64,000 bases of DNA from Macrostomum lignano (lineage: Eukaryota): positions 248,001 to 312,000 of the forward strand of contig NIVC01000867.1 of assembly GCA_002269645.1 (NCBI GenBank), read 5' to 3'. The notes beneath the pieces are model-generated. The model did not search any database, was not told the origin of the DNA, and was given only the letters and a program-made list of their open reading frames with translations. Shown here one piece after another: positions 60,001 through 64,000 of the stretch. The translations under genes and the position numbers were made by a program. Positions within the stretch are counted from its first letter, which is position 1; each line of letters begins with the position of its first letter.

Positions 60001-63000
60001 GAGGGAATTTCCTGACAGGATAGAGGGAATTCTCAGACAGGATAGAGGGAATTCTTAGCCGGGATGGAGATAACTCTCAGACCAGATAAGAAGGAATTCT
60101 TGCCTCACCTCAATCTCCAACAGGCAAGCCACAGGCCTATGGTCGGAGATCTTCAACTCGGCCCTATTGTACATGAGCAGTTTGCCAGGGCCAGTCAGCT
60201 TCCCTGACGAATTCCTGGCCCACAGCACCCGATCGGTGTAGGCTGGCACGCGGCATTTCTCGCTACTGTCGAACTCGTCGCTAAACAAATCGTATTTATA
60301 AGTTGGAGCAAACGTTGTGTGGCCTTCGTGGAAGTTGGCGAATACTAAGCCCTGCGAAAGGGTGGGTACGGGTGGAATTAGCTCTAGCTCGACAGCGTAA
60401 AGTAGATACGGCCGAGTATTTAGTTGCGTACTAACCGCCGTCAACTTTGCTTAACTTTGCTAGCCTCCCAATTAGGTCAATGATAGCATAAAACCGAAAT
60501 GGAATAAAAAATGCCTATGGTACAAAACCATTCACCTATGCTTTGAGTGCATATTGTTTGTTTTTTTAGTGCGACCAATATTTGGTGCGTTTCTAATAGG
60601 CCCAGCAGAGTTCATATTCACTATAGACTACTGATTTCAGCGTATGGTCCTCTCTGCCCTATTCTGTACTTCAGCGAAGACTTATAGCTTTGATCCAAAT
60701 TGATCTCTGAGGAGTTCTGTGGCCAAAACGCCCACACTATTGATTTTGTCTATGGTCCAGCCTGTAACCAGATGCAAATTACCTGCCTACGCTGGTCATT
60801 AAGCTGATCGTGCTTTCTCAATTCGTCCCAATTGTTCTCGGCGATGCACTGCAGCACTCGCTCCCTGCCAAGATTGATCCGATAGTTGAAATCGCCGCAC
60901 CAGAACACATAGTCGTGCTGGGCCAGGGTTCTACCCATCTGGAAGGTTAGCCGTTGATAGATTTGCGCAAAATCAGCGTTGCGCTCCTTGTAGTTGGACT
61001 GGCCAGCTGCGAAATGGCTGCACACAAATGCTAGCGAAGTGTTGTGATAGACAAATCTGATAGCTACGCCTCCTTTGTTGCCAGCTGTGCCTTTCATGCC
61101 AGTTTTCACGCTGGCTGTGCCGACCTCGCGAATGTACTGGGAGATGCCGTGGCGGACAAATACGTATAGACAGACGCCGACTAGTTGGACTGATGTTAAC
61201 AGGATGTACCTGGATTAATGGGTTGGTATTTTAAAGAAAAAATATCAATGACTACCGGTATAGCGAATTCAAGTAGTATATACATATACAGGAGCAGAAA
61301 CTATAACGCTTTACATTATTTACTCAGGGGTGATTATTTTCAGAGACGCTTTGCTGATATTTACAGAGGAGGTTTTCTGATATTCTTAGGGGAGATTTTC
61401 TGATATTCTCAGGGGGGGGGGATTATTTGGTAGTCTCAGGGGAAATTTTTTAGTATTCTCAGAGGAGATTCTCTGGTATTCTCAGAGGAGATTCTCTGGT
61501 ATTCTCAGAGGAGATTCTCTGGTATTCTCAGAGGAGATTCTCTGGTATTCTCAGAGGAGATTCTCTAGTATTCTCAGAGGAGATTCTCTGGTATTCTCAG
61601 GGGAGATTTTCTGATATTCTCAAGGGAGAGTTTCTCGTATTCTCAGAGGAGATTCTCTGGTATTCTCAGGGGAGGTTTTCTAGTATTCTAAGAGATTCTC
61701 TGGTATTCTCAGAGGAGATTCTCTGGTATTCTCAGGGTAGATTCTCTGATATTCTTGGGGAGATTTTCTGGTATTCTCAGGGGAGATTTTCTGTTATTCT
61801 CAGGGGAGATTTTCTGTTATTCTCAGGGGAGATTTTCTGATATTCTTGGGGAGATTTTCTGTTATTCTCAGGGGAGATTTTCTGATATTCTCAGGGGAGA
61901 TTTTCTGATATTCTCAGGGGAGATTTTCTGGTATTCTCAGAGGAGATTCTCTGGTATTCTCAGGGGAGATTTTCTGATATTCTCTGGGGCGACTTCCTGA
62001 TATTCTCAGGGGAGATTATCTGGTATTCTGAGGGTAGATTTTCTGATATTCTCAGGGGAGATTTTCTGGTATTCTCAGAGGAGATTCTCTGGTATTCTCA
62101 GAAAAGATTTTCTGATATTCTCAGGGGAGAGTTTCTCGTATTCTCAGGGGAGATTTTCTGATATTCTTAAGGGAGAGTTTCTCGTATTCTGAGGGTAGAT
62201 TTTCTGATATTTTTAGAGGCAATTTTCTGATAATCTCAAGGGTGATTTTCGGATTAATGCTGAGTCAATCCTGTCCTGAGCACATACAAGCTCACACAGG
62301 ATGTACATCAGCCCCTTGACTTTCTAGTCATCAAGCATGTTACACACTCTCTGGGCCTTGGGGAGTTGGCACAACACCAACACAAACCAACCAACCTCTG
62401 AGATCCATCATTTCCCAGAGTCTTCTGCAGTTCCTCAGCCCACAGCCGCTTGTTAGTACTGCTAGCATTGACAATATTGCTGGCATTCAGGTCCACCATC
62501 TCTTCAAATCCGATAGCGTAGAAATCAACTGGCTGCGAGAAGTCCGCTTCAGAGTGAATGCAGTTCGGGGCGCTGGTCCTGCTAATCTCTGGCAGATTAA
62601 CCAGCCAATCGCTCAACGACGCGTCCCTATGAGCCAGGCTTCGAAAATGTTTACCACCATTGACATTCCAGGTGCCAACAAACACCCTAGCCGGAGTGAC
62701 ATCCGTGAACTCTTCGTGACTGGCTAACAGGTAGCTGAGCTGACGCGGCGGTAAATGTAGAAACGATTTCGGCAGCAGAGCACTCGCTCGGGAGGCTAAG
62801 TCTCCTCGCAGAGTAGAATTATGAATTAATAAATCCATAGCTTCCTGCTTGGAGCTGTCTAGGAAATTATTCTGTATGGTTCTGGAACCAGTCCGGGCGG
62901 CGTCTTTGATCTTTGAACGGCCACCGCCAAGGGCCCCGGTGCCGGCGTAAATCCTGCTGACTGAGTCGCCGTTCTGCAGCCACATCTCGCGGAAAGCGTC

Positions 63001-63066
63001 GCTGAATCGTTTGGCTAATTGCTCGGATGACAGGCCTAGCGACTCCAGCTGGTTGTGCAGCATCAG
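57057..63066 (-). CDS. SYNJ: Synaptojanin (end of SAC1 domain, 5-phosphatase, RRM-like domain, proline-rich tail); 5' part outside the window
   Basis: Exons 63066-62396, 61209-60783, 60351-60109, 59055-58816, 58691-57057. Motifs [91 protein letters not shown]. Confidence 0.96.
59140..60055. repeat. 22-24-bp minisatellite CAGACAGGATAGAGGGAATTCT
   Basis: Direct inspection. Confidence 0.95.
61370..62240. repeat. 23-bp minisatellite GATTCTCTGGTATTCTCAGAGGA
   Basis: Direct inspection. Confidence 0.94.
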
Positions 63067-63109
63067 CTGCGTTGGGTGGGAATAGAGAGGCGAATAGAGA
63101 GGATCCTAC

Positions 63110-64000
63110 AAATCCCCGCCATAATTAACTGGGATAATTAATCCTAATATCCACAACATAATCAATGGGGATAAAAATCCTTACAATACACACCATAATC
63201 GATTCGGATAATAATCCTACAAAATCCTCATACAAATCAATCGGGATAATATTAATCCCATAAATCCCCATACAAACCTTGGGATAATATTAATCCTACA
63301 AATCCTCATACAAATCAATTGGGATAATATTAACCCCACAAATCCCCATACAAATCAATTGGGATAATATTAATCCCACAAATCCCCATACAAATCAATT
63401 GGGATAATATTAATCCCACAAATCCCCATACAAATCAATTGGGATAATATTAATCCCACAAATCCCCATACAAATCAATTGGAATAATATTAATCCCACA
63501 AATCCCCATACAAATCAATTGGGATAATATTAATCCCACAAATCCCCATACAAATCAATTGGGATAATATTAATCCCACAAATCCCCATACAAATCAATT
63601 GGGATAAAAATAATCCTATAAATCCCCATAAAAATCAATTGGGATAATATTAATCCTATAAATCCCCATAAAAATCAATTGGGATAATATTAATCCTATA
63701 AATCCCCATAAAAATCAATTGGGATAATATTAATCATACAAATCCCCATAAAAATCAATTGGGATAATATTAATCCTATAAATCCCCATAAAATCAATTG
63801 GGATAATAATAATCCTACAAATCCCCATACAAATCAATTGGGATAATATTAATCCTACAAATTCCCATAAAAATAAATTGGGATAATATTAATCCTACGA
63901 ATCCCCATACAAATCAATTGGGATAATATTAATCCTACAAATCCCCATACAAATCAACTGTGATAGTATTAATCCTACAAATCCTTAATCCCATAACCTA
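63110..64000. repeat. 40-bp minisatellite AATCCCCATACAAATCAATTGGGATAATATTAATCCCACA
   Basis: Direct inspection. Confidence 0.95.

Overview
Eukaryotic (metazoan) genomic DNA. The GC-rich exons with poly-Ala/Gly tracts and the introns filled with locus-specific 12-40 bp minisatellites suggest a Macrostomum-like free-living flatworm (inference, not verifiable here). I reconstructed seven spliced genes by hand, checking frame and intron phase at every junction. On the + strand: a 5'-partial TRPA-like channel (580-6416), a two-exon orphan gene (7970-10253), a complete 22-exon TRPA-like paralog (12358-21448) and an alpha-type nicotinic-receptor-like Cys-loop channel (25491-35823). On the - strand, head-to-tail: synaptojanin (5'-partial), porcupine and CDC50/TMEM30. 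Mobile DNA includes a 2.07 kb gag-protease-only LTR element with identical LTRs and a 5-bp TSD, a CORE-type tRNA SINE family, a second tRNA-SINE family with a covarying structured core, two deleted Tc1/mariner elements, a hairpin MITE, a CCC-ended TIR element carrying an ORF, and a microsatellite-carrying dispersed repeat. Most long ORFs in the supplied track are translations of tandem repeats, not genes. The best leads are the divergent sensory channels (TRPA pair lacking the canonical reactive cysteines, one with a 12-Cys tail replacing the coiled coil; nAChR-like subunit with a rebuilt ligand pocket), the orphan between the TRPAs, the RT-less LTR element and the structured SINE core.
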